From Neophaeotheca triangularis (lineage: Eukaryota): 64,000 bases of DNA. The notes beneath the pieces were generated by a model. That model saw only the letters and a program-made list of their open reading frames with translations. It did no database searches and had not been told where the DNA came from. The stretch covers positions 1 to 64,000 of the forward strand of contig BAAIJX010000009.1 in the NCBI GenBank assembly GCA_054600435.1, given 5' to 3'. Of the stretch, positions 13,532 through 25,748 are shown one piece after another; positions within the stretch are counted from its first letter, which is position 1, and each line of letters opens with the position of its first letter. A program made the position numbers and the translations under genes.

Positions 13532-15280
13532 TCACATAGCTTCAAATTCCCCCTGCTCAGCTCGCTCTCCTGGATCCATTCGATCGAACGCCTTTTGGAC
13601 CTGCTTGTCCCAGTTGCTCCATGCTACAATGAGCCACTCCAGCGCGCCGACGATGTAAAGTGCGATACCTGGCAATGAGCGGTCAGCCATGATCTTTCCG
13701 GGCGATGCCCGCTCAAATTGATACGCACATTGTCCAATCCACAACCCCGCCAGACCCCATCCGTGGAACGCAAGCCATACACCGAGGGGCAGCGCGCCTA
13801 GATAATAAGAGACGATGTTGACTGATATTTTGTTAGCACACTCTAGAGCCTCTGAATTGGCAGGAGAGTCGAACCAAGAGCACCAATATGCTGGCGTCCG
13901 CAACCGCGTAGGGCACCTCCACAGGAACCCTGCTATTTGTTAGTCAAACTCTAGCGTTGTTTCGGTGAGAAATTTACTAACGTTCAACCCATCAGCAATT
14001 TGGAAGAGAGCCACATAGGGCAGTACTTCAGCGGTCAGTTGTACCACTCTCACATCGTCGTTAAAAAGCAGCGCAAATTGATTCCTCGAGCCCATCAGAG
14101 CCGCCAGGATGAGAGTGCCAAGTGTAATGGAGAGCCATGCGGCTGTGTTGGCGGATCGGGCGGCGCCCTTTGCGTTTCTGGCACCCAGCATGTTTCCGAC
14201 GCGGGCAGAAGTAGCAACGCCAACGCCAAAGGGGACGGTATTCATGACCTGATCGGCAGTCATGATCACACTCTGCGCAGCGAGGGGAATGGTGCCGAGG
14301 CGACCGGCCGCGAGAGCAACGATCTCGAAAGCCCACCATTCGGTACCGACGTGGACGACGCCGAGGGCAGCGATTTTCGCAAACGTTCTGATGTTGCGGA
14401 AGCACTTGCGGTCAAAGCCGCCCCAGCACTCCCAGCCAGAGACGAAGCGTGCGTAGCCGAGCAAGAGGAAGAACGACAGCCAATAGCTGATACCAGTAGC
14501 CAGAGGAGCTCCCAGCAGACCCATGTCGAGGGTGTAGATGAAGAGAAAGTTGAGCCCGGCGTTGATTGGCGAGGTTATGAGGAGCACGTAGCTCCCCGGC
14601 CGCATGATCTCTTGTGCTTGGAGGAACTTTTTCATGCATTCGAAGAAAATGTACCCCAAACCTCCTGGAATGAGCACCATCAGGAATCGAGACGATTGCT
14701 GGCAGATATACTCCTCTTGGCCTAGCAACCTGAACACCGATTCCGAGCAAAGCCAAAGTATCGCCACAGGTATGTAGAAAATGCTGAGGACGAAGAAAGC
14801 TCTTTGCAGGATGATGCCGAGGTCGTGCTTGTTCTTGCCTCCAGTGAACGAGGCGCTGGCGAGGGTGTCGATCGCCGTGGTGCCGCCCATGCCAATCAGC
14901 CAGGCGCTACACATGGCGAACATGTAGCTGAAGGCGGCTACTGACAGGGCCTCGGGGCTCAGCCGGCCAACGATGAGCACCGAGGCCGTCTGCAGCGAGT
15001 TCTGCAAAGCATAGGCGAGTATGATTGGGACAGAGCTCTTCAGTAGCAGCCAGAACTCTGCCCCGACGAGCTGCATCCGAGTCTTTTGGTCATCCTCGAG
15101 GTCGTAAGACTCCCCCTCGGCAGGGCTGGAGTCGCCATCGTCGGGCTTCGGTAGCAGAGAAGTGGTCTCATTGGGAGGAGTTTGGTTGCTCGTCTTGAAA
15201 TCGATCTTGCCTTCATCATTGCGGAGGAAGCTGGGAAGCCATGATCTTGGGCTTGAGAGTTCGTCTTGTCTACCCTCCAT
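13532..15280 (-). CDS. MATE-family efflux transporter; 3 predicted introns near the 3' end
   Basis: Multiple TM segments. Motifs [51 protein letters not shown]. First ATG is at 15280 (the ORF track starts at an upstream GTG). Confidence 0.93.
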
Positions 15281-16730
15281 GGTTGCGGTTTGATCTGGCA
15301 AGGCAAAATTCACGACTGAATGATCAATTCCAGCAAGTTAAGGTGGCTGCATCTCTCCCTGTAAAGTCTTGCAACACCATCGATAAAATCGTATGGGCCA
15401 TGGTCTAACGCAAGTTTACGAGACGAAAATCAAAGAGAGGCCGATTGAGATCCTCCGGGCCTGATAGGGCACTGGGGAGTCATTGCAAGACGATAGGTAG
15501 AGCGAGCGATTCTGCCACAATTGTTATGTAAACTGCCTGCCTCGAGAAGCCGGGAGCTATGAAGCTCGACGACATGCAGATCATTCCCCGTGAAATCCGT
15601 TTGGCTGCTTCGTTATCTTGACCGCGCTGAAAGCTGTGACTAAATTTGGCGGCCGCCGGTTTGCCATGCAGCTTGCATGCAGCTGCTTACTCGCAGGCGA
15701 AGATGATCGATGCCTCGAATGACTGTTGTAATTTTGTCATGATGCAAATTCGCCGTCGCCTGGTTCTTGCATGGCCGGCGGAAGAGATCGAAACATGTTG
15801 TAAAGCTAGATGGCTTGAAATGGTATCAGTTGAGCCCGAGATCTGCGCGAGGCGGGCAGATATGAGACTCTTTCGATAACCCTATCTACGTTCCCGGCGG
15901 GGTCCTCTTGACAACCTTGCGAGGGCGTGAGCCTGCTCAAGGGCAACATCGCAGGGTCAGTCCAATTGCCGAATTATCAATCTATGCTGCACCCAGACTG
16001 ACAGGCCCTCGCGATAGATCATACATGTATGCACCTAGGGATCTCAAAGGAACCAACTTCCATAAAAAGTAGAGTACCGTCAGACGTGCTAGGGAGCCAG
16101 GCTCGACCGTCGCTTTCGCTAGGTATCTCAGGCGTGGCTCATTGGTTGCTCTATCGATGTCGTTGCACCGATATTAATCAAAGGGTGATTCTGCACCTGA
16201 GTAGCATTGACGCTCAGACGGTGCCTGTAGAAGCAGCTTCGAAGACGCAGCCACTAACGTCTTCTGAAGACAACGAATCGATTTGGTTCCATGCATGCCG
16301 TCCTCGTTCTCGATCGATAAGCTGTCCAATTGTTCACGTGCCTGCCATTCGATTCGGGGTACCGAGTTGCTCACCCTTATCAAGAACCCTGCATGTCGCG
16401 ACCGCCATGCACAGCCATGTGGACAGACATCGTTTCCGGCTGACGGTATCGTGCAGTCGTCGCGGCCAGCTCGTGGCTGATATCGATAAGGTGAGAAATG
16501 GGATGTTGTCATGTCTCGTTACCGTTGCTCCCACCTCGTTCTTGGTGGACTCGGCCGCGCTGGACCCTAATCAAATCAAGCCATAGAATATACATATACA
16601 GCTATTGCTGCACTGAGTGAATAGATATGAAAAGCGAGTAGAGAACGCACACCCCTTACCTTGACCTCACCTGCCGAAAAGCAATCTTACGTACTATTTC
16701 TCAAAACTCTTAGAACTCCCACGATCGAAT

Positions 16731-18502
16731 ATGGCGGACGCCGACGAGAAAAGAAGAGCCTCATCTTCCACAAAACAAGATCCGGGCGAGGAAGGAGAGA
16801 TCGTTGGATTAGCAAGAGGCGAGACCAGGAACTTCTCTGTGACAAAGGATGGGGTCATAATCAACGCAAGCGGTTACCCGGACGCCTTGCAGCGACAATT
16901 CGGGCTCCTCAGCATTTGCGGTCTTGCATTGACCATCAATAGCGCATGGATTGCCTTCGGCGGCTCCCTGAATGTCTCAGTCCTCAATGGAGGTCCAAGT
17001 GGTGAGCGAAGCTCGGGTGATGGAGCTCCTCCTGGCCGTCGTCGTTTGCTAACGCTCGGTAGGTATTCTCTACGAGTTCATCGTCGCCTGTGCATACTAT
17101 GCTTTCATCGGCGCATCAATCGCCGAGCTGGCATCGAGCATGCCGTCTTCCGGTGGAGTATACCACTGGACCACTGTCGTCTCAGGCCCTAGGTATGGCC
17201 GAATCATGGGCTTCTTCACTGGCTCCATCAACTTCTTCGGCTGGATGTTCGATCTTGCGAGCATCGTATCCATTCCCAGCAACGTGGTGGTACAAATGTA
17301 CGCTTCCTTTCACCCTGGGTTCCAGGTCGAGCCATGGCACACCTATGTCGCTTACCTCGGCGTCACCTGGCTCTGCACGTTCTTTGTAATCTTCTGCAAC
17401 AGCTGGATCTCGAAGCTACAGTATCCGGGACTCGTTCTCATTCTTGGAGGTGGGCTTACCACAATCATCGTCTGCGCTGCAATGCCAAACCAGCATGCGA
17501 CGAGTGAGTTCGTTTGGGTAGGTCAATAACGTTCGTCCACAATCTCGTTGCAGTGTGCTGAGAAACTCGAAGAATTCCTTTTCAGAGAACAACATGACCG
17601 GCTGGCCCGGGGGCATCGCATTCCTCACAGGAGTACTTAACGGCGCCTTCACGGTTGGAACCCCCGACGCTGTCACTCACATGGCTGAGGAGATGCCAAA
17701 TCCAGCCGTTGACCTTCCGAAAGCGGTCTTCGCCCAAGTCGGTCTAGGTTTCCTCACCACATTCGTCTACGCCATATCGATCTTCTATGCCATCAATGAC
17801 CTCGATGCAGTCGCCAATAGCAATGGCGCTTTCCCGTTGGCGGAGGTCTACTCGCAAGCGACCGGCTCGGCAGGTGGTACCTTTGGACTCCTCTTCATCC
17901 TCTTTTTGTCGATCATGATCTGCTCCGTCGGCACGCTGACGATGGTCGGGCGGCTTTGGTGGGTCCTGGCACGGGATAATGCGACCCCCTTCCCAGGCTT
18001 CTTCTCCAAGGTGAACGACAGGCTATCCTGCCCGGTCCAGGCCACACTCCTCTGCGCAATCTTCTGCAGTGCGCTAGGCGCAATCCCGCTGGGTAGCGAG
18101 ACAGCTTTCTCAAGCCTTGTCGGCTCTTTTATCATCCTGACCACGGTTTCGTACTTTCTGGCCTTCTTCCCAAACCTGTTGACCGGGCGCCAGATGGCAC
18201 CAGCAGGACCGTTTCACATGGGTAAATGTGGCTTCGCCGTCAACACAATCGCCTGCCTGCTGATTGTCATGTTCAATGTATTCTTTTGCTTTCCTTATGG
18301 GTACCCTGTCGAGCCGGTAAGTGTTCTGTGCAGCCTGTTACAGATGATCCTAGCTAATGACGACCATCAGCTCGACCTCATGAACTGGAACAGCGTCATC
18401 CTGGTCGGCGTGGTGGCCTTGACGACGGTTTGGTGGTTCATTCATGGCACGCGGAAGTACCCAGGGCCAAAGTTGACCGAGTTGTATCCGCACCACAAGT
18501 AA
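16731..18502 (+). CDS. APC-superfamily amino-acid/polyamine/choline/GABA permease; predicted introns 17002-17062, 17518-17572, 18317-18370
   Basis: LQRQFGLLSICGLAL, NGGPSG, AELASSMPSSGGVYHW, DAVTHMAEEMPNP and GPFHMGK motifs of the fungal Hnm1/Uga4-like group. Confidence 0.92.
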
Positions 18503-19733
18503 AGTATTGCGGGGATGGCGTTTGGGGCGAGAAGATGTGGTTCAAATAGACTATCGAGCGTTGCTCGACACCTTGATGGTCACTGATTTCCATCTACCCC
18601 TATTTCCAATAGCATGCTACACTAATGAGACGCGCCGGGAAAAAGAGGCTGGAGAAATGATCATGATTCAAGCGGTGTCCTCGGCAGAAACTTCTCTACA
18701 ACGAGCCCAAGGGTGTTTTATGAAGTCGGCTGCAAGATTTGCTGTCGAGAGCTGCTCGTATCATGTGTCTCGAAGGATACTCAACGTGATACCTTGTTGG
18801 CACATGTGATAGGTACCTTATTCTCTCGAGAAGTTGAGCATTGCGAGTGATGTTCAAATATACTTTGCTGTTTTTAGGTAATAGTTGTGCTGCGTGTCAC
18901 GTGTTGGAAATTCGCTCCCACGAATTATCCAACGGCGCGCTTCTTCACCAGCGTCGTAGCCCCTATGCATGTCCCGCGTGGCAGTAACCTGGAACGCATA
19001 TTCGGCTTCATGCTGAAACTCCAACTCTGACCCTAAGGTACATTCTGCATCTGTCATATGCAGGTACATGTGGACCCTAAGATTGGGTTCCCCCGAGATC
19101 GCTACATGGATGATTGCTCCGAGATCATCGTCTCGCTATCTTACGCGACGTTAAGCTTGTTGTGCTCGTGTCAATATTTACATTTGTCGAGACTGTTCTA
19201 CAAAGGCCACAACCTACAGACACATGTCAAGAATCGATCCAGCAGCAGCTTGAGGTAATGTGTTGGGTATGAACAGTGGTTCTAGCCAAACAACCTGAAA
19301 CTCAATTTATCGTATCGGCCTTCCTACCTTAGGTACTGTATACTACTACTAGTACCTCCGTATGCAACCTTGATTTATCGAAGCTTGGACCTTGTGGAAG
19401 AGCGCGTCCTCCTCACTACCCGTAAAGTGTACATACAGTACTCTACCTTAGGTACTGAAGGTCTCGAGATTCGACCGACACACCGACATCATCAGAGAAG
19501 ATATACCTCACCTGTGTACAGAAGTCCGTCCACCACTGTGGCTTGACTAAAATTCGCTTAGTACCGCCATTCTCACCCCTACCTCATTACTTCACCTGCA
19601 TTCGCTACTTCACTTCGCTCCGCCTCGCATACAGTACCCTCCTGCAGACTTCCGGCTTTCTCAACGTATTCCTACTTGTTTGCTATTCAATGATATAGCT
19701 ACGACATAGCATATTTGACGAGGAGCGCACAGT

Positions 19734-22700
19734 ATGCCCTGGCGACCGCTACCGTCAGTGGCTTTTGCCATCTGCGTCTACCCTTTCAAAGCCACCGAAG
19801 CCGAGGACCTTCCGCTGCAAATAGGCGACCATATCTACGTTATCGAGCAAGGAGGAAGCAACGGTGACTGGTGTCGTGGCTACTTGGTTGCGCCGCCCTC
19901 TCTACTTGCGGGCTTGACTAGTGACAGCGGACAACAGCTGGAACACCGCGTGTTCTCTGGCATCTTTCCGCGAAACTGCGTTGAGGTACGGGAATTCCTG
20001 GGAGACAACAAGCAACACAATGGTCACCGAGAGAGGGGTGAAACTCCAAGGACTACCAGTGATCAGACAGATGGAGCTGACGATGAGAGGGATGCGCAAA
20101 GGGAAGTCACCGAAGACCGTCGCAGGAGCCAGAGACTCAACGCCAGACGCCTATCGCGCGCTTTGAGCCGGAAGAGAAGTCAGCGCAGTCTCAAGGATAA
20201 AGCTCGTCGCAGCCTGGTGGACTCTACGGAGCCTGTGCCCCGTCTGCCGAACGCGCCGAAACCTATGGCACCGGTGCCGCAATTGAGGGTTGGCGATGAG
20301 ACTGAGCTTTCCGCAGAGGAACCTTTGGTGGACGAGATCGCAAGCTGCTTGCGCGAATGGCATGATGCACGTCTGCATGAGCTGCTGCTGGCTAGGGGCT
20401 ACAGTCAGCTTGCGAGGGTACAAGATCTGATAAAGAGGCTGGACACTAGTAGGAAGCAGCTCATGCACGAAGTTATGACGGTGAAAGAGATGGAACAGCT
20501 CAGGGAGGACACAGTGTGGGATCTGGTTGCTGGGAACAAGATGCTGAGCGACGAGGTCATTGTTCGCAACCCGACGGGAAAAGGTCGCATGCTGACCGCG
20601 GACGATTCTGTGATCGAGACGACCAAGCTCCAGGCGAATATGAGCATCTTGGATCGTCCGCCAAAGCCTGCGACTGACACGAACACACTCCACCATGTGC
20701 TTGTAGACATCAGAGGATTTTACCATACTGGACCCGCCACACTCCAGATCTACCTCTGCACACATGAGCGCGACGGTGAAGCGCAAACTTTAAGCGAGAG
20801 CTACTCATTGCCAGTACCGCTACCAGATACTAGCGGTGGCCTTCTGCCCTCGGAGCAGCCCAAGTCTTTGTTCGCCAATCTAACCCCTGTGGATATTGGA
20901 GTGGGAATTGATGGAAAGTCTTGCTTTGTGGTCTTCAAGCTCCTGAAAGAAGAGCCCATACGGGCTAGCCCGCTGATTCATACTGAACCGGTGGTACCTC
21001 TCTCATCGCCTGCGATCAATGAAAACACAATGCCGAAGCACCACAGTATGCGTGGACGTCGTAGCGTCTTCGGCAGCCAGCGTAAGAACGACCGGTCCGG
21101 CTCTGCCAATCGCCGCCCAGGTACCGGCCGCTCTCAGCAGTCAGATATGGACGTTCGTACCAGCAACTCGACGTCAGAGACCGCTCAATCTATAGCAGGG
21201 AGGACCGCCAAGCGCATGATTGGCGTCGGCGTGATTGATTTGCGCGAAATGACCGGCAACCACAAAGAACTTGCAAAGAGTGTCACCCTCTGGACCCCTT
21301 CTACGAACAGCGAAGACGACATGTCGCAGGAGGCAGAAGATTGGGTCGAAGCTACGCGTGAGCTTGCTCGCAGTCCCACAGGCGGCTACACTCGCTCTGC
21401 GTGCGAGCCCCTGCGCATTGTTACGACGGTGTTCTCTTCACCAGATCTAGCTCAGCTGATTCACCAAACCCCAACACTGCTCCACGGTGTTCATACCACG
21501 CCAAAGCTCGATTTCTCGGGAGCTCCAACCAAACAGCGAAACGACATCTACCTCACCCTGGTAGAGCCACTCATACCGCGTGGGGCTCACCTCGCGCATT
21601 CAAAATTTGGCAGCGTACCTCTTGCCAATCGCTGCAAGACTTCGTTAGCGAACATGCAGCTTACTCTGGAAGTGCGAAAGGCAGACGGCGAGCGAATCGA
21701 GGACTGCGTTTTCACGTCGTCCAACCACCAGAGCCATACCGCCTGGCGTACCACTGCGGTCGAGAGAGGCGAGATTTGGGGACAGACCATCCGACTTGAA
21801 ATCCCAACCGAGGACGTGCCCGGTAGTCACATTGTTATGAGCATTGCAGACTCGCCGCATTTTCCATTTGCCTTGGCCTGGGTTCCATTATGGGAATCAG
21901 ACGCATTTGTCAGAGACGGCGAGCATCAAGTCGCTCTCTACGTCTACGACGAGTACAGCTCAAGCATGATCGGTGGAAAGGGCGCATATCTAGCGTTACC
22001 GCCGTGGCACAACAAGACTGATGCTTCTGCCGCTGGAGCAGCCACGATTCTCGTCAAGACGTTCCTGTGCAGTACTGAGTTCAGTCAAGATCCTATCCTG
22101 CTGGGTTTATTGAGTTGGCGCAACTACTACGGCGGTAAGCTCATGGACCTGCTCACTCGCTTCCCCTTCGTACCGGAGATTGAAGTTGTCAAGATGTTGC
22201 CGGATGTCTTCACTGCTCTTTTCCAGATCCTGCATGAGTACAGCGGGAGCGAGTCCTACGAGGACTTGATTTTCAACAACTTTGTCGTGGTCTTGTCAAT
22301 CGCCAAAGACAGACGGTTCAACCTTGGGGATCTCATTGAGACATATGCAAAGACGAGGCACGACTGGCCCTATGCAAGCGAATGCCTGGTCCACGCATAT
22401 CAGCGACTCGTCAGCAACCCTATGGACATGGAAGCCAGCAGGAATCTCCGCGCCACTCTCAAAGTCGGTGACAAAATGCTTAAGCTGATCATCGAGACCC
22501 GTAAGCAGCGTTTGCAAGGTGACGGAGCGTCCACGAACAGTGACGAGGATGCTGGGATTCGCAACCCGCAATTCCAGCAAGAGCTGCAAGATCTCTTCGT
22601 CAGCATCATGGCGCTTATGCGCAATCCCATGCCAGTGCTGCTGGGCACACAGACTATGGTCATCCAGCACTTTCATAATTGGCTGCCCGAGCTTGAACCT

Positions 22701-25700
22701 ATCTTGACTCCAGCTGAGATCCTCGAGATTGCCACAAACTTGCTTGATGCATGCTCCAATGCGCAAGGCAAGATTATTAATTATCGGCTAGTCTTGATAA
22801 TCAACCTGAGTCACCTCGATACCTTCAAGCCCCCCGAGGTGCGCGCTTCTATGATCGCAAACACGTTTCGATGGCTGGCACCCTACTGGGGCCACACTTC
22901 CGAAGTCACCGAACAATGGCGCACCCAGGTCCGCCTATGTTGTTCGGTCGTCGCTGCGCAAATGGCAGAGCTAGGCGAGGAGAGTTGCCAGTACATTCCC
23001 AAGATTGTCGAGAGTTACCTCGCCCTCGGGAAAGCGCCACGCGACCCACGGCGGAGCTTCAGCATGCTATTTCCGACCTCCTATCCTTTTCCGTCCAAGC
23101 AAACGCCAACCGAGACCGATGTTGACGAGGCTATGCTTGAGATGTGTGCCCTACTCGCTGCCTCTCTTACAACCCAGCGGCGTCTCTATTTTGATCAGAA
23201 CCAGGTCGACATCCCTGGCATTTTGCTCCAAGCGTTGAAGGTTGTTCAAAGTATTCTTACAAGCCAGGCCTTCCCATCCAGCTGGCTTAGTCTGCACGTC
23301 AGCCACCATCGCTTCGCTGTCACTGCTCTGGAGCGCATCTCAGAGGTTCTTCTCGAGTGGATGCCAGTATCCTACGATGCTGCTGAGGCTTTTGAGTTCG
23401 ACACTGACACCTGGAAGACATTCTTCGACACGCTATTCGTGGTTGTCACGTCACCTGCACTCGCCATGGAGACCTTCCCGGAACAGAAGAGGCGTGCGAT
23501 CTGGAAAGTCGCTGGTGATGTAAGAGAGTTGGGAGCTAACTTGCTACGGAAGAGCTGGGAAGCAATTGGGTGGGAGGCAGAGGAGGATGCGAAGAAGCTC
23601 TACGGTTTCGAACGTATGGGCGGATACCAAGTGCAGTACGTTCCAGGGCTCATCGGTCCAATTGTCGAAATTTGCTTGAGCGTGCATGCTGGGCTTCGGA
23701 CCGTGGCTGTCGAAGTGCTGCGCAGCATGACCATCAGTGCTTGGGAGATCGATCAAGACCTCAATGTCGTCCAGACTGCAATGATCGATACCCTTGATCG
23801 TATCTGCCGCGAGAAGCAGATCAGTGAGACGGTGTTACAGAAAACATTCATCGAAGAGCTACTCCTGCAATTCAAGCCTTTGGAGGGCAGTTCCGAGCAC
23901 GGCCTGTACGCGGCTGTCCAGGAAATGTTCTCTCGCATCGAGAAGTTGCTTTCACTACTCGCTTCGGTGCATCGTGGCGGTAGCTCCGCGTCTGAAGCTG
24001 GTAAGATAGTCGACACACTACGTTTGATGGACTTCCTTCGGGACGTGGAGAACGAGGAGGCGTACATTAGGTATGTGCACCAGCTTGCGGACTTACAGAG
24101 CGAGGCTGGACATTTTACCGAGGCCGGTCTTGCCTTGCAGTTACACGCAACGCAGTATGACTGGGACACGGCAGCAGATCTTCCGGAGATGATCGAGCCG
24201 AGGATACCAGCGCAAAAAGCTTTTGAGCGGAAGGAGTCGCTCTACTTTGACATGATCCGGAAATTTGAGAAGGGCATGTGCTGGCAGCGAGCGCTCGTTG
24301 CCTATCAGGAGCTTGCTGCACAGTACGCAACGAATACGTACGACTTTTCCAAGCTGGCTCGAGCGCAAAGGGCTATGGCGAGCATCCACGAACGTATTTC
24401 CAAGGGCGATCGCGTGTCCCCTCGCTATTTCCGAGTCGTGTACCGCGGCCTGGGCTTTCCGAAGGCCTTCAGAGACAAGGAGTTCATCTTTGAAGGTACT
24501 CCTACAGACCGTTTGGGGACGTTCGAGGACCGTCTGCAACAGTTGCACCCAGCAGCTCGCATTGTACGGTCCACTGCAAACGCTACTGAGCAACGGCAAG
24601 CTGTTGAGGGCCAGTTTCTGCAAGTCTTCGCAGTCAGCCCGTACAAAGACCTAGCGCATACGGTGTATCAACGTACCAAGGTGGCGCAAGCGGTGAGAGA
24701 ATATAGTCTGCTCTCGAACCCGCAGCGATTTGCTACGACCGCCAGGCAGCCTGTCAAGGATGTGGCCATCACGGAACAAGTCGTGGAGAAAAGCATCTAC
24801 ACGACTGCTGAAGCCTTTCCGAACATCTTGCGCCGCAGTGAGATACGAGCTGTCGAGAACGTAATTTTAAGTCCCATCGAAGCGGCAGTGGAACGTACTA
24901 CGCGCAAGACGCAAGAACTGGCCACGCTGGAGAAGAGATTGGTCACTGGCGAGGACGGCGCAAGGTCGCAGTTGTCCGAGTCCCTGCTGCTCTCCGTCGA
25001 TGCCCACAGCGAAAGCAGCGTCGCCCGCTACCGAGCGCTCCTCCCCGCCGCTGAGACACCCGACAACGCAAGCCAGGAAGCCGACTTCAAAGACCTCGAG
25101 CACGGCGAATCCTTCTCCGCTCTCGACCCAATGCAAAACGCGCTCAAAGTCGCGCTCCTCGACCATGCCCTCGCCATCCGTCGTTGCCTAGCCATGTACG
25201 ACCGCGCAGCCTACATAGCAACCAAGGCCGAGCTCCTCCCCCGCTTCGAAGCGACGTTCGAGCACGAGCTCGACATCCTATTCCCGCGCTCTCCTGGCGC
25301 CGCACTGGACACGGTGACACCTCTAGCAGAGCCCTGGGCCGACGGCAGCGCCCCCGAATACCCCTCGGTCGAAGACCAAGGCCCTGCACCTCACAGTTTC
25401 TCCGGCCCAACAGTCGACAGCGAAGAAGAGCCCGTGCCCCTGGTCCAAACCGAAAGCCGGCGCAGCAGAAGGCGCTCCTCGCTCCCCTTCCTGCGCCACA
25501 GGTCCGCGGCGAGTTTGAATAAGCAGGCGATGCCTGGTGCCAGTGGCAGGGAGAAGGAGAGCGGCAGGTCTAGCTCCAGGCAGAGTAGTCGCGTCAGGGA
25601 CAATAGTCTCACCCGCAAATTGGGAATTTTCAAGAGCGAGGCCGATCGTGCGGCTTCGTCGTCTAGTGCGGGTGCAGTGGAGCGGGGGCAGAATGCTGGT

Positions 25701-25748
25701 GGTTATGGGATGAAGAACAGAATGAGCTCGTTCGGGAAGGGGGAGTGA
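19734..25748 (+). CDS. DOCK-family (dedicator of cytokinesis) Rho/Rac GEF with SH3, DOCK-N, C2/DHR-1 and DHR-2 regions
   Basis: 2004-aa uninterrupted ORF. N-terminal SH3 (MPWRPLP..AICVYPF..DLPLQIGD..WCRGYL..GIFPRNCV); DHR-2 hallmarks YIRYVHQL, YFRVVYRGLGFP, EAFPNILRRSEI. Confidence 0.93.
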   Translation: MPWRPLPSVAFAICVYPFKATEAEDLPLQIGDHIYVIEQGGSNGDWCRGYLVAPPSLLAGLTSDSGQQLEHRVFSGIFPRNCVEVREFLGDNKQHNGHRERGETPRTTSDQTDGADDERDAQREVTEDRRRSQRLNARRLSRALSRKRSQRSLKDKARRSLVDSTEPVPRLPNAPKPMAPVPQLRVGDETELSAEEPLVDEIASCLREWHDARLHELLLARGYSQLARVQDLIKRLDTSRKQLMHEVMTVKEMEQLREDTVWDLVAGNKMLSDEVIVRNPTGKGRMLTADDSVIETTKLQANMSILDRPPKPATDTNTLHHVLVDIRGFYHTGPATLQIYLCTHERDGEAQTLSESYSLPVPLPDTSGGLLPSEQPKSLFANLTPVDIGVGIDGKSCFVVFKLLKEEPIRASPLIHTEPVVPLSSPAINENTMPKHHSMRGRRSVFGSQRKNDRSGSANRRPGTGRSQQSDMDVRTSNSTSETAQSIAGRTAKRMIGVGVIDLREMTGNHKELAKSVTLWTPSTNSEDDMSQEAEDWVEATRELARSPTGGYTRSACEPLRIVTTVFSSPDLAQLIHQTPTLLHGVHTTPKLDFSGAPTKQRNDIYLTLVEPLIPRGAHLAHSKFGSVPLANRCKTSLANMQLTLEVRKADGERIEDCVFTSSNHQSHTAWRTTAVERGEIWGQTIRLEIPTEDVPGSHIVMSIADSPHFPFALAWVPLWESDAFVRDGEHQVALYVYDEYSSSMIGGKGAYLALPPWHNKTDASAAGAATILVKTFLCSTEFSQDPILLGLLSWRNYYGGKLMDLLTRFPFVPEIEVVKMLPDVFTALFQILHEYSGSESYEDLIFNNFVVVLSIAKDRRFNLGDLIETYAKTRHDWPYASECLVHAYQRLVSNPMDMEASRNLRATLKVGDKMLKLIIETRKQRLQGDGASTNSDEDAGIRNPQFQQELQDLFVSIMALMRNPMPVLLGTQTMVIQHFHNWLPELEPILTPAEILEIATNLLDACSNAQGKIINYRLVLIINLSHLDTFKPPEVRASMIANTFRWLAPYWGHTSEVTEQWRTQVRLCCSVVAAQMAELGEESCQYIPKIVESYLALGKAPRDPRRSFSMLFPTSYPFPSKQTPTETDVDEAMLEMCALLAASLTTQRRLYFDQNQVDIPGILLQALKVVQSILTSQAFPSSWLSLHVSHHRFAVTALERISEVLLEWMPVSYDAAEAFEFDTDTWKTFFDTLFVVVTSPALAMETFPEQKRRAIWKVAGDVRELGANLLRKSWEAIGWEAEEDAKKLYGFERMGGYQVQYVPGLIGPIVEICLSVHAGLRTVAVEVLRSMTISAWEIDQDLNVVQTAMIDTLDRICREKQISETVLQKTFIEELLLQFKPLEGSSEHGLYAAVQEMFSRIEKLLSLLASVHRGGSSASEAGKIVDTLRLMDFLRDVENEEAYIRYVHQLADLQSEAGHFTEAGLALQLHATQYDWDTAADLPEMIEPRIPAQKAFERKESLYFDMIRKFEKGMCWQRALVAYQELAAQYATNTYDFSKLARAQRAMASIHERISKGDRVSPRYFRVVYRGLGFPKAFRDKEFIFEGTPTDRLGTFEDRLQQLHPAARIVRSTANATEQRQAVEGQFLQVFAVSPYKDLAHTVYQRTKVAQAVREYSLLSNPQRFATTARQPVKDVAITEQVVEKSIYTTAEAFPNILRRSEIRAVENVILSPIEAAVERTTRKTQELATLEKRLVTGEDGARSQLSESLLLSVDAHSESSVARYRALLPAAETPDNASQEADFKDLEHGESFSALDPMQNALKVALLDHALAIRRCLAMYDRAAYIATKAELLPRFEATFEHELDILFPRSPGAALDTVTPLAEPWADGSAPEYPSVEDQGPAPHSFSGPTVDSEEEPVPLVQTESRRSRRRSSLPFLRHRSAASLNKQAMPGASGREKESGRSSSRQSSRVRDNSLTRKLGIFKSEADRAASSSSAGAVERGQNAGGYGMKNRMSSFGKGE

